Shown: positions 33,461 through 44,499 of the stretch, one piece after another
How the letters are laid out: each line of letters opens with the position of its first letter
Numbering within the stretch: the first letter of the stretch is position 1
Source of the DNA: Chiloscyllium plagiosum
Taxonomy: Eukaryota
Direction of reading: 5' to 3'
DNA length: 45,290 nt
NCBI RefSeq assembly: GCF_004010195.1
Contig: NC_057720.1
Location: 5,494,387 to 5,539,676, forward strand
The notes under the pieces: model-generated
Databases searched by the model: none
Told to the model about the DNA's origin: nothing
The model's input: only the letters and a program-made list of their open reading frames with translations
Position numbers and translations under genes: made by a program

Positions 33461-33498
33461 CATTGATAAAAAGTAGCAGGAGTAGGCCCTTTGAGCCT

Positions 33499-34234
33499 GG
33501 CAAAAGTGAGGACTGCAGATGCAGGAGATTAGAGTCAAGATTAGAGTGGTGCTGGAAAAGCACAGCAGGTCAGGCAGCATCCGAGGAGCAGGAAAATCAA
33601 CATTTCGGGCAGGAGCCCTTCATCAGGAATGAGGCTGGAAACCTCAGGGGTGGAGAGATAAATGGGAGGGGGGTGGCGCTACGGCAAAGGTAGTTGGGAG
33701 TGCAATAGGTGGATGAGGGTGGGGATAAAGGTGATAGGTCAGAGAGGACGATGGAGTGGATAGGTGGGAAGAAAGATTGACAGGTAGGACAGGTCATGAG
33801 GACAGTGCTGAGCTGGAAGGTTGGAACTGGGGTAAGGTGGCAGGAGGGGAAATTAGTCCACATTGATGCCCTGGGGTTGAAGTGTTCCGAGGCAGAAGAT
33901 GAGGCGTTCTTCCTCCAGGCGTCGGGTGTTGAGCGAGCGGTGGTGGAGGAGTCCCAGGACCTGCATGTCCTCGGCAGAGTGGGAGGGGGGTTTGAAATGT
34001 TCGGCCACAGGGTGGTGGGGTTGATTGGTGCGGGTGTCCCGGAGATGTTCCCTAAAGCGCTCTGCGAGAAGGTGTCCAGTCTCCCTAATGTAGAGGACAC
34101 CGCATCAGGAGCAACGGATACAGTAATTGGCATGTGTGGATGTGCAAGTGAAACTTTGATGGATGTGGAAGGCTCGTTTGGGGGCTTGGATGGAGGTGAA
34201 GGGGGAGGTGTGCGTGCAGGTCTTGCAATTCCTG
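33499..34234 (-). mobile_element. Neptune-like Penelope 3' fragment within a CR1 remnant
   Basis: RNCKTCTH...YCIRCS...YIRETG; hammerhead at 33599-33626 on the minus strand (CTGATGA-A-GGGC-TCCT-GCCC-GAAA-TGTT); poly-C at the junction with a minus CR1 piece (34250-34350). Confidence 0.9.
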
Positions 34235-35399
34235 CCCCCCCCCCCCCCCCCCAGTTCTGGACTCCCAGTCATCGGGAACATCCTTCCTGTGTTTACCCTG
34301 TCTTGTCCTGTTGGAATTTTACAGGTTTCCATGAGATCCCTGACTCATCCTTCAAAACCCAGCATGAACCTTATTGGTGGCCCAAAGTTGTCCTCGCACT
34401 CAGCATTCACTGTTTCTGACCATTTGTTTTTAAGCGTGTGAGATGTCTTGCTGCACATTGACTGTCGTAGAAATGGAGGTTGCACAACCCATTTTAAACA
34501 CTTTCGGACCAATAGAATAATGCATGATGTCATTATTGATACAGTAAATGAACAACATGCTGTCAAATTGTGAAAACTATCACAATGCGTCTCAAACCTG
34601 GAGCTGCTTTTACTTTGCAAACTACATGACAAACTGAGAAAAATGATTCATTCTGAGTCAAGAAGTGCTTTCAGTTACGTTACTGCCAGCTCTATTTCAA
34701 GTACAAATATCTCACAAATAATTTGGGCTTTTACATTTTTTTTTGGCTTAAATAGATTAGAATAACAGGAAGTTTGTTGGGAGCCTTTCAGAACACCAGG
34801 CATTGGAGACATCCAGGGCTAGGATTGATGGTAGTCATTATACAATCCTCCATGTACGAGCAGTCAATACAAGGTCAATGAAGTAGCCTATGCAAACACG
34901 CTGGCATTGTTGCATGTATTTATTATCTTCCAGCTTGCATGTTACAGTTAAAATAATAACAATGATATCAAAATGTCTTTGAGCTTTTCTCTCCAGAAGT
35001 GTGTTTCGAGTATAGTGGTTTTGTTGTAACAGCCAATCAGGGTTACACATAGAAACTTCAACACAATACATGGGTATATGCGAGACTAATCTGCTTTTCA
35101 GTGGTATCCTCAAGGAGTGAATATTGATCAGGGCCCTGAGGGAGCTCATTGCCCTTCCAGGAACTCTATTGATCTGAATAGATTGAACAAGGTCTCAACT
35201 TAACGTCCTCTTTACAATACAACACCTCACATGTCGTGTTCCCTCTGTAAAATCTTGCAATATTAGCCCAGATTGCCTGCTCAGACTGTGTGTCAGAATC
35301 TTACTCCGTAATCTTCTAATGTCGAGGTCTAATCCAGGCTGATGTCAGAAAATAACTATAAAGAAAGATTTGACAAAATTATTATTTTTAAAAACTCTT

Positions 35400-35575
35400 T
35401 CAGAGAATGTGAACATTACGGGCTAGGCCTGTATTTATTGCCCATCGATAATAAGCTCGGGATGGTGGTGAGCTGTCTTCTTCAACCAGATTGTGTATAA
35501 TGCTGTTAGAAAGGGAAATCCAGGATTGTGACTCCGTGATAGTGAAGGAACGGTGATATATTTTCAAGCTAGGAA
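35400..35575 (-). mobile_element. L2-like LINE tail fragment
   Basis: tttattgcccatc...ggtggtgagctg...ccaggatt...tgaaggaacggtgatatattt. Confidence 0.7.
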
Positions 35576-35804
35576 CTGAATTGAAATAGCTTTATTGTCA
35601 CATGTACTCCAATGGTTACAATGAAAAGTTTACAAGTTGCCAATTATGGTGCCATCCTAGGTGCACAGATCTTGGGGTTGTGGGGGGAGGAGGTTTGACA
35701 AATGCAGATGGGTTGATGTGAAATTGGAAAGTCTATTAGATCTAAGGTAAGGAGCAGGAGATTTAGAGGTGGTTGAATTTTTTTTTACAGCCAGAAGTAT
35801 AGTA

Positions 35805-36675
35805 GTTTGAGCTATACGGAGAGGCTGAACAGGCTGGGGCTGTTTTCCCTGGAGCGTCGGAGGCTGAGGGGTGACCTTATAGAGGTTTATAAAATCATGA
35901 GGGGCAGTGATATGGTAAATAGACAAGCTCTTTTCCCTGGGGTGGGGGAGTCCGGAGCTAGAGGGCATGGGTTTAAGGTGAGAGGGGAAAGATTTAAAAG
36001 GTCCTAAGGGGAAACTTCTTCAGGCAGTGAGTGATGCATGTAAGAAAAAAGCTGCCAGAGGAAGTGGTGGAGGATGGTACAATTAAAACATTTAAAAGGC
36101 ATCTGATTGGGTACATGAATAGGAAAGGTTTTAGAGAGATATGGACCAAATGCTGGTGGGACTAGATCAATTTGGTTATCTGGTCAGCATGGACAAGATG
36201 GACCAAAGGGTATCTTCCTGTGCTGTATAAGTCAATGAGATGTATAACATGTATTAAGGAGTTTTTCAGGGGATAATTGGCACATGTAAAGATGGTACAA
36301 TTACAACACTTAAGAGGCATCTGAATGATTATATGAATAGGAAGGGTTTAGAAGGATATGGGCCAAGTACTGGCAAATGGGACTAGATTAATTTAGGATA
36401 ACTGGTTGGCATGGATGAGTTAGACTGAAGGGTCTGTTTCCATGCTGTTCATCTCCATAACTCTATAATTCAATGTCTGTATGGACGATAGGGATAGAAA
36501 CCCTCATAACACATTTAAGAAGCATTTAGATGTATACTTGTGATGCCAAAGCATACAAAGCTATGAGCCAAAATAGGATTAGGATCAGGATAGTTAGGTG
36601 ACTGATTTTGACTGGGACAAACTCGATGGGCTGAAAAGCCTTTTCTGTGCTGGAAATCTCCATGACTCTGACTCT
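35805..36675 (+). mobile_element. Three consecutive CR1 3' ends (35805-36235, 36290-36470, 36490-36675)
   Basis: SYTERLNRLGLFSLERRRLRGDLIEVYKIMRG, then repeated tttaa.aggcatctg...gaagggtctgtttc-type tails. Confidence 0.85.
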
Positions 36676-37613
36676 GTAGAATGCATTGGAATCTTTGTTG
36701 TGTGAATTTTTCTGGAGCAATGTTTCCTCTTTAATAATATGTGAAATGTTCAAAGACAAAAGCTGAAGTCTTCACCCTTGAAAGTTACATAATAGCCATT
36801 TTATGTTGAATGTGCAATGTAGAAATGATGAAGGAAACACTCCCCAGACTGTCGTCCAATTGAAAATTCCAAATTAGAGATTGCTGTCTTTTTGCTGAAC
36901 TCGGATTGCAGAATCGAGAGGAGTAGAAAGAGTTAACACACAGCTCAGTGCTAATCCCTAAGGGTTGAATGGCCTACTCTCATTCTGATTCCTAAGTGCA
37001 CTGTGTCAGTGAAGAAGCAGTTCCATTTATATAACCCACGATTAATTGCTCAAAAAGCGGGAAATGAGCTCATCCACTTTGGATTTGAGAAAGTGATTGT
37101 ACAGCTCTTTTGTTTTTGGTGGCTTTGGGTCTGGAACTGAGGGAGCTCCCTTCCCTGTCACAACCAGCAAGCCCTCGAGTTAAGAGGAGAACTGTTTCCA
37201 CTTGCGCAGGGGAGTCACGATTTGCAATGTGAGAGCGTCAGTAAGAAATTCTGGAGGGTGGTGAAATTGTGGAACTCATACCCAGAGGGAGCAGTGGAGT
37301 TGAATATTCTGGGAAGCTGGTTAATCAGATGAGGAGACTGGAACCAAAGGTTATGTAGCTAGTGTGAGATGAAGTCAAACTGGAGAAAGCTCAGGCAGAG
37401 CATAAACTCCGGTACTGGCAAGTTTAGGGGCTGGATGGTTTGGTTTGGTGCTGATTGTAAAAATATAGAAACTAAGAATGATAGCAGGCCATTCAGCCCC
37501 TTGAGCCTGCTTCACTCAATAAGATCATAGCTGATCATCATTCATTCTTTACAATTGCTTTTCTTTGGACATTTTACGCTAACTGAATGATAATATTTAA
37601 ATCATAATAATAA

Positions 37614-38180
37614 CAAGCAAGTTTTGAGAAGATGTGTAGCTCAGGTTGAGGTTCTGGATGTAGGTTTGCTCGCTGAGTTGGAAGGTTTCATCAGCCGACT
37701 AGGTAACATCTTCAGTGGGCCTCCAGGCGAAGCGCATGCTACTTACAAAATAGCCCAGCAAGAACTGTAACAAACACTACATTGGACAGAATACTAGTCA
37801 CCAGGATACATGAACATCAACTAGCCACAAAATGACATGACCCTCTCTCACTAGTATCCTCACATACAGATGAGAAAGGATCTGGGACAATATATCCATT
37901 CTAGGATAAGCCAAGCAGAGACATGCACGAGAATTCCGAGAAGCATAGCATTCCAACCGGAACTCTATCAACAAACACATCGAGTTAGACCCCATCAACC
38001 ATCCCCTGAGAAAAAGAATAGAAAATGACATCACCACAGGAAATGACATCACCAACCCAAAGGAACCCAAACATGTAAATAGAAAACGGGCTTCGCCTGG
38101 AGGCCCACTGAAGATGTTACCTAGTAGGGTGATGAAATGTCTGGAAATGAACCTTCCAGCTTAGCGAGCAAACCTACATC
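37614..38180 (+). mobile_element. Poseidon-like Penelope fragment (GIY-YIG) with inverted terminal repeat
   Basis: Frameshifted YKI...KNCNKHYIGQ...TRIHEHQLAT...WDNISILG...AREF.EA..SNRNSINKHIELDPI; inverted arms 37656-37733 / 38090-38181; TSD cataataataa (37603-37613 / 38181-38191). Confidence 0.88.
38105..38144 (+). ncRNA. Minimal hammerhead motif (variant C)
   Basis: CCA-CTGAAGA-T-GTTACC-TAGTAG-GGTGAT-GAAA-TGTC-TGG; CCA/TGG can form a short stem I; the deviations look like CpG decay. Confidence 0.7.
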
Positions 38181-38319
38181 CATAATAATAATCAAATCAA
38201 TAATCAATGAGGGAATATAATCTCATTACAAAATCAACAATCACTGTATATATATCACACACAGATATCTAGAAATTCATAACATCCACGATAACATCTA
38301 ATAGTGAGCAGATAACCGT

Positions 38320-39990
38320 TTATTGTGGAAAAGGATATGGAAGATATGGACTGTAGGGAAATAGATGGTGACTTCTTGCAAAATGTCCAGATTACAGAGG
38401 AGGAAGTGCTGGATGTCTTGAAACGGTTAAAGGTGGATAAATCCCCAGGACCTGATCAGGTGTACCCGAGAACTCTGTGGGAAGCTAGAGAAGTGATTGC
38501 TGGGCCTCTTGCTGAGATATTTGTATCATCGATAGTCTCAGGTGAGGAGCCGGAAGACTGGAGGTTGGCAAATGTGGTGCCAATGTTTAAGAAGGGCAGT
38601 AAAGACAAGCCAGGGAACTGTAGCCCGGTGAGCCTGACCTCGGTGGTGGGCAAGTTGTTGGAGGGAATCCTGAGGGACAGGACGTACATGTATTTGGAAA
38701 GGCAAGGACTGATTTGGGGTAGTGCATGGCAAATCATGTCTCACAAACTTGATTGAGTTTTTTGAAGAAGTAACAAAGAAGATTGATGAGGGCAGAGCAG
38801 TAGATGTGATCTATGTGGACTTCAGTAAGGCGTTCGACAAGGTTCCCCATGGGAGACTGATTAGCAAGGTTAGATCTCATGGAATACAGGTAGAACTAAT
38901 CATTTGGATATAGAACTGGCTCAAAGGTAGAAGACAGAGGGTGGTGGTGGAGGGTTGTTTTTCAGACTGGAGGCCTGTGACCAGTGGAGTGCTACAAGGA
39001 TCGGTGCTGGGCCCTCTACTTTTTGTCATTTACATAAATGATTTGGATGCGAGCATAAGAGGCACAGTTAGTAAGTTTGCAGATGACACCAAAATTGGAG
39101 GTGTCGTGGACAGTGAAGAGGGCTACCTCAGATTACAACAGGATCTAGACCAGATGGGCCAATGGACTGAGAAGTGGCAGATTGAGTTTAATTCAGATAA
39201 ATGCGATGTGCTGCATTTTGGGAAAGCAAATCTTAGCAGGACTTATATGCTTAATGGTAAGGTCCTAGGGTGTGTTGCTGAACAAAGAGACCTTGGAGTG
39301 CAGGTTCATAGCTCCTTGAAAGTGGAGTCGCAGGTAGATAGGATAGTGAAGAAGGCGTTTGACATGTTTTCCTTTATTGGTCAGAGTATTGAGTACAGGA
39401 GTTGGGAGGTCATGTTGCAGCTGTACAGGACATGGGTTAGGCCACTGTTGGAGTACTGCGCGCAATTCTGGTCTACTACCTCTATTGGAAAGATGCTGTG
39501 AAACTTGAAAGGGTTCAGAAAAGATTTACAAGGATGTTGTCAGGATTGGAGGATCTGAGCTACAGGGAGAGGCTTAACAGGCTGGAGCTGTTTTCCCTGG
39601 AGCATCGGAGGCTGAGGGGTAACCTTATAGAGGTTTACAAAATTATGAGGGGCATGGATAGGATAAGTAGGCAAAGTCTTTTCCCTGGGGTTGGGGAGTC
39701 CAGAACTAGAGGGCATAGGTTTAGGGTGAAAGATATAAAAGAGACCAAAGGGCAACTTTTTCATGTAGAGGGTGGTACGTGTATGGAATGAGCTGCCAGA
39801 GGATGTGGTGGAGGCTTGTACAATTGCAACATTTAAAAGGCATCTGGATGGGTATATGAATAGGAAGGGTTTGGAGGGATATGGGCCGGGTGCTGGCAGG
39901 TGGGACTGGATTGGGTTGGGATATCTTGTCAGCATGGACGGGTTGGACAGAAGGGTCTGTTTCCATGCTGTACATCTCTATGACTCTATG
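38320..39990 (+). mobile_element. CR1 copy with whole RT region, frameshifted
   Basis: KSPGPDQVYPRTL; PEDWRLANVVPMFKKG; YVDFSKAFDKVPH; QGSVLGPLLFVIYINDL; KFADDTK; tail ctctatgactctatg. Confidence 0.95.
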
Positions 39991-40099
39991 CCGCTGTAAT
40001 GGTTGCATAAACCAAGAAAAGAGAGAGAGAGGCTGAGTTTGGAATGACATGTTGGTCAGATCAGGTGGAAAACCCGAAAGAGCATGACTGCACCAGATA

Positions 40100-41010
40100 G
40101 GATAAAAACAGAAAGTGTTGGAGAAACTCAGCCGGCTTAGCAGCATCTGTGGAGGGAGGAACAGAGTTAATGTTTTGAGTCCAGTAACCCTTCATCAGAA
40201 GTGAAGGTAGCTGGGGGGAAGTGGAATGTGTACATAAAACACTGTGGAGTGGGATTGGGATGGGATAGAGTGCATGGAAGCATTGCCCAGAGAGAGAGAA
40301 AGAGAGAAGAGAAAGTGATAGGCAAAGAAATAGATTGCGGATGATAGGCCGAGAGAGTGATAACAGCTAGGTGACCCAGTCCATTATAAACCCACCAACT
40401 CCCACAGTTATTTTGACTATACACCCTCACACCCTGCTTTCTGTAAGTACTCCATTCCATTCTCCCAGTTTCTCTTAACCATCACATCTATTCTGATCAT
40501 GCCACTGTCCTCAGACCTGTCCACCTTCTTCCTCAACCCGAGATTTCCCCTTCATAGTGATTGACAAAATCTTTAGCTGTGTCTGATCTATTTCCTACAC
40601 TTCTGTCCTCATCCTTTCCCTTCCACAACAACAATGGGCTTCCTCTTATCCTCACTGTCCATCACACGAGCCTCCGCATCAAAATAATCATTAGGTGTTA
40701 TTTCTGTCACCTCCAGCAGGATGCCACCAGCAGACTCAAAATCCCCATATTATCGGCATACCTTGGGCCACTGCTCCTCCACTCCCAACACCTTCCCGTG
40801 CAGTTGCAAAAGATGTAACACCTGCCTGTTTACTTCCTCCCTCATCACTGACCAAGGGTCCAAACACACCTTCCAGGTGAAGCAGCACTTTACCTGCACT
40901 TCACACATTCGCAATGTAGTCTCCTCTACACTGGGGAGACAAAATACCGACTGAGTGACTGCTTTGTGGAAAACCTATGCTCTGTCTGCAAAATGACCCC
41001 TAGCCCTTCC
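40100..41010. mobile_element. Old Penelope: inverted terminal repeat (minus, 40100-40350) plus decayed ORF (plus, 40370-41010)
   Basis: YKPTNSHSYFDY; NTFPCSCKRCNTC...FQVKQHFTCTS...LYTGET; decayed minus-strand hammerhead at about 40170-40198. Confidence 0.8.
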
Positions 41011-41034
41011 AGTTGCGAGCCACTTGAGGCCTTA

Positions 41035-41375
41035 TTTGATTCAAGGGTTTGTGGCAAAGGGATAGAGAATTGGCTAATACAGCAAAGAGCATTTCTGAAT
41101 GGCAGGTGGGAGGTGTGCAGTTTCATGATTCAATACTTTGGCTGTTTTTGATATATTTTGTCCTGCATTTGCATACTCAAATTACACAATTTCAAAATTT
41201 ATTGACAATGGGTATGCAAGGTTTGAGTTATAAAGGAAGGCTGGATAGGCTGGGATGTTTTTCACTCTTGCGTAGGAAGATGAGAGGCGAACGTATTGAA
41301 GTTTATAAAATAATGAGGCATATAGATAGAGTTAACACTAGTTGTCTTTTCCCTATGGTGAGGGATTTGAAGACC
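41035..41375 (+). mobile_element. CR1 remnants
   Basis: IENWLIQQR; GLSYKGRLDRLGCFSLLRRKMRGERIEVYKIM. Confidence 0.75.
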
Positions 41376-41659
41376 TTTTCCTCACCCAACTCCATCTAAG
41401 GCTTAGTTGACCATTTCTTCAAAGACAGAAGCTTCTCATTTTTGAAAACAACAGAATGTTGGCACCAGGTACATTGCTCAATGGGCATCATGACCTCCAT
41501 GTTGCCTGTAAGTTTTCCCTTAGGTTTCATATGCTGGAATTTTGGAAGGTGATTTGCAGCTGTAACACCTGTTAAATGAAATCTCATGCTGCACAGTAAA
41601 TAAAGCAAAATTCAGTTCTTAAGGGACCCAATATCCAACACTTCAAACAGATCCAGTAA

Positions 41660-42205
41660 ATAGGAACAAAAACAGAAATTGCTGGAAAGGCTCAGCACAT
41701 CTGGCAGCATCTGTGAAGAGAAATCAGTTACTGTTTCGGGTCCAGTGACCCTTCTTCAGAACTGATGGTAGCATGGGGTGGGGGGGAGGGGCTAAGGGAG
41801 AAATGATAGGTGGAGATAGAGCCCAGAGAGAGAGAAGAACATAGGAGTGGATAATGATCTGGCTAGGAGGGTGAACAGCTATTAATGGGGACTGTTAGTG
41901 ACTAATAGTGGGTTGTGTGTAATAGCAGACCATGCAGTAACAAGGCCTGGTATGTGAGGTTAGGGTGGGGGTAAGGATATGGGAGAAGCTGTCTCAGGCC
42001 CTAAAATTGTTGAACTTGATATTGAGTCCATAAGTTGCCAAGTGGAAAATGAGGTGTTGTTCTTCCAGCTTGTGCTGAGCTTCGCTGGAGCACTGCAGTA
42101 AGCCTGAGAAAGAATGTTAGACAAGGAACAGGGGGGTGGTATGTTAAACTGGCAGGCAACTGGAAGCTCAGAAGAACATAGGTGTTCATCGAAGTGGTCA
42201 CTCAG
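41660..42205 (-). mobile_element. Old Penelope 3' fragment
   Basis: LSDHFDEHL...ELPVACQFN...KLEEQHLIF, followed by the terminal repeat. Confidence 0.8.
41729..41759 (-). ncRNA. Minimal hammerhead motif (variant B), core intact
   Basis: Minus strand CTGAAGA-A-GGGTC-ACTG-GACCC-GAAA-CAGTA. Confidence 0.65.
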
Positions 42206-42279
42206 CAACTAGGGCCGTTGAGATGAATGATGTCCCTCTGTGCTGTATTGTCCCTCTGGGTTGGTGGATCTCCTCTGGT

Positions 42280-42410
42280 GTTTAGGTCAGAGTGGTGTTG
42301 GAAAAGCACAGCAGGTCAGACAGCATCCAAGGAACAGGAAAATCGACGTTTCAGGCAAAAGCCCTTCATCAGGAATGGAGGCAGGAAGCCTCCAGGGTGG
42401 AGAGATAAAA
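42280..42410 (-). mobile_element. 131-bp Penelope mini-insert centred on an intact hammerhead motif
   Basis: Perfect 13-bp TSD gatctcctctggt (42267-42279 / 42411-42423); minus 42372-42345 reads CTGATGAAGGGCTTTTGCCTGAAACGTC. Confidence 0.9.
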
Positions 42411-42807
42411 GATCTCCTCTGGTAACCTGCTGGTCTCCCAGTAGAAATGGTTTTTGATGAATTTCTCTGCCAAATCTCTTCAAAGCATTGTTACTGTCCC
42501 TTATTTTAAGATTACTCACACTGTAACCGCCACACCCTCTGAAATAAGCAACACCAGAGATTATTTGTGGGAGGGCAGGATCTTTAGCCTTGAGTAACCC
42601 AACGTCACGGACTATTCATGGCAGCAGAGAATTGAGAGCTTTCAATTTGACGTGGTATTTAATAAGCACTTCCACTGAATCTAAGCCCTGTCTGCTGCAC
42701 TCAGTCCATTAGACGTCTCCTGACTCAACGGGATTTTAGCGCTGAGCCATTGTTAATGCTGCTGTTCACTTTATTACGGTAAGTTTGAGTAAAGAATTGA
42801 AATTCGA

Positions 42808-42960
42808 TATAGGCAGTCCCTGGGTTCCGTTCTGGAGTCTGTCTGAGGACAATGTAAAGCAGCTGTTCGTAAGTACAGGAACTGTTCATAAGTCGAGTCC
42901 TTAAAATTACTCCCCTGTATGGGATTGCATTCATAGATACAAGTGTTTGTCAGTCAGATA
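42808..42960 (+). mobile_element. Possible Tigger/pogo-like DNA transposon remnant
   Basis: ta-taggcagtccctgggtt resembles a CAGGCAGTCCCCGGGTT-type terminal inverted repeat, with internal ttcgtaagt/ttcataagtcg repeats. No clear right-hand repeat; based on recall. Confidence 0.35.
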
Positions 42961-43014
42961 TTCTTAAATTGTATCATTATTTGGTGTGTTTAAGCTGACT
43001 GGATTTTTTTCCCG

Positions 43015-43340
43015 ATAGGACGTGGGTATTGCTGGCAAGGCCACCATTTGTTGCCCACCCCTAATTGCCTTTCAACTGAGTGACTTGCTGGGCTATTTCA
43101 GAGGGCAGTTTACACTTTACTGTGGGTCTGGAGTCACATGTTGCCCAGACTCACGAAGGATGGAAGATTTCCCTCCTTAAAGTGCTGAGTTTTATAGCTG
43201 TAGTTTCATGGTCACCAGACTAGCTTTAATGAGATTTCTGCATTGAATTTAAATTTATGGTGGGGTTTGAACCGTGTGCCCGAAGGATTAGTCTGGGTCT
43301 CTGGATTGTTCGTTCAGTGACGTTAGAACAACACCACCTA
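43015..43340 (-). mobile_element. tRNA-derived SINE (L2-like-tail family)
   Basis: Tail, body (gggtctggagtcacatg) and head (ggggtttgaacc; ctgggtctctggatt). Confidence 0.85.
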
Positions 43341-43469
43341 TAAGTAAATAGCAAATTCTTATGCTCCAGAGTAGCTTCTGTAATCTAGGGGGAAAACAGT
43401 GTTCACATCTCTCACAGTTGCTCTTTTTAAGAGTGCAAGAATTGTTGCTATGGAGTCGATGCTTTCTGT

Positions 43470-43676
43470 AACGGTGTGCAATGTGTAAATAGCTAATCTG
43501 GTTTATTTTTGGTAGTGTTGGTTGAAGCAGGAGGAATGTTTCAGGAAGGCAGCAAATTGTCCGTTCTACAATCACTAACACTGTTAGCTTAAGGACAGAA
43601 TGTTGCTCTGCTTAATGCTTTACCTGGAGAACGTCAGCTACAACAGTGCAGCACTCCCTCAGTACTGCCCTGGAGT
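43470..43676 (-). mobile_element. Probable DeuSINE relic
   Basis: cagtgcagcactccctcagtactgc is the reverse complement of gcagtactgagggagtgctgcactg, a block I recall from Deu-domain SINEs. Confidence 0.55.
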
Positions 43677-43699
43677 TTCCTCTCTTTTACTAAATGCAG

Positions 43700-44460
43700 G
43701 AACTGCTGATCCATAGTTGCCCTGGAGATAACACCTTCTTGAAGAGCTGCAGTCAGTGTGGTGTAGGGGCACCGTTAGTGCTGTTGGGGAGTGGTGGGAG
43801 GTGGGGTTTCACTATTTTGAAGTGAAGGAATGGTGATATATTTCCAAGTCTGACTTGGAGGGGAACCTGCAGGCTCTCATGCACCTGCTACATGCTATAA
43901 TTTAGAAGGTGCTGTCTAACAAGGCTGAGTGAGTTGTAGCTTGTAGATGGTACATATTTCACAGAGCATCAACAGTTAAGGAGTGGATTTGATTAGATTC
44001 CTTGCAGTATGGAAACAGGCCCTTTGGCCCAACAAGTCCATACTGACCCTCCAAAGAGTAACCCACGCAGCCCCATTCCCCAACCTTATATTTAGCCCTG
44101 GCTAATGCATCTAACACTATGGGCAATTTAGCATGGCCAATTCAACTGGTCTTTGGACTGTGGGAGGAAACCCACGCAGACACAGGGAGAACGTACAAAC
44201 TTCACACAGACAGTCGCCTGAGGTGTGAATCAAACCCCGGTCGTCAGCGTTGTGAGGCAGCCGTGCTAACCACTTAGCCATCATGCCGCCCAGGTCATGT
44301 AGCTGGTGGATGTAGTGGATAACGTTGAGTGCCTTTGTATGTTATTGGTGCTACACCCAGCCAGAAAAGTGGGGAGTATTCCATCACACTGAGCCTGTGC
44401 CCTTTGGGGAGAAGGGACATGAGTCACTCATTGCAGCTTTCCTAGCCTCTGACCTGTTCT
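43700..44460 (-). mobile_element. Decayed L2-like LINE 3' region interrupted by an HE1 SINE
   Basis: tgaaggaatggtgatatatttccaagtc...cttgtagatggtac...ggggagtattccatcacact; colinear with 30135-31230. Confidence 0.7.
43990..44292 (-). mobile_element. HE1-type V-SINE
   Basis: Minus head gggcggcatgatggctaagtggttagcac; V-domain; CR1-like tail. Confidence 0.9.
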
Positions 44461-44499
44461 GCTGTCTGGTATTAGCCGTGATACACAGCAAGTGGTTAG

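Noticed and set aside
38190..38320. A/C-rich stretch as a mitochondrial insertion
   Set aside because: No recognisable mitochondrial gene or tRNA; composition alone is insufficient.
42505..42790. Consensus-like splice donors on both strands
   Set aside because: No matching acceptor with an open, recognisable frame.
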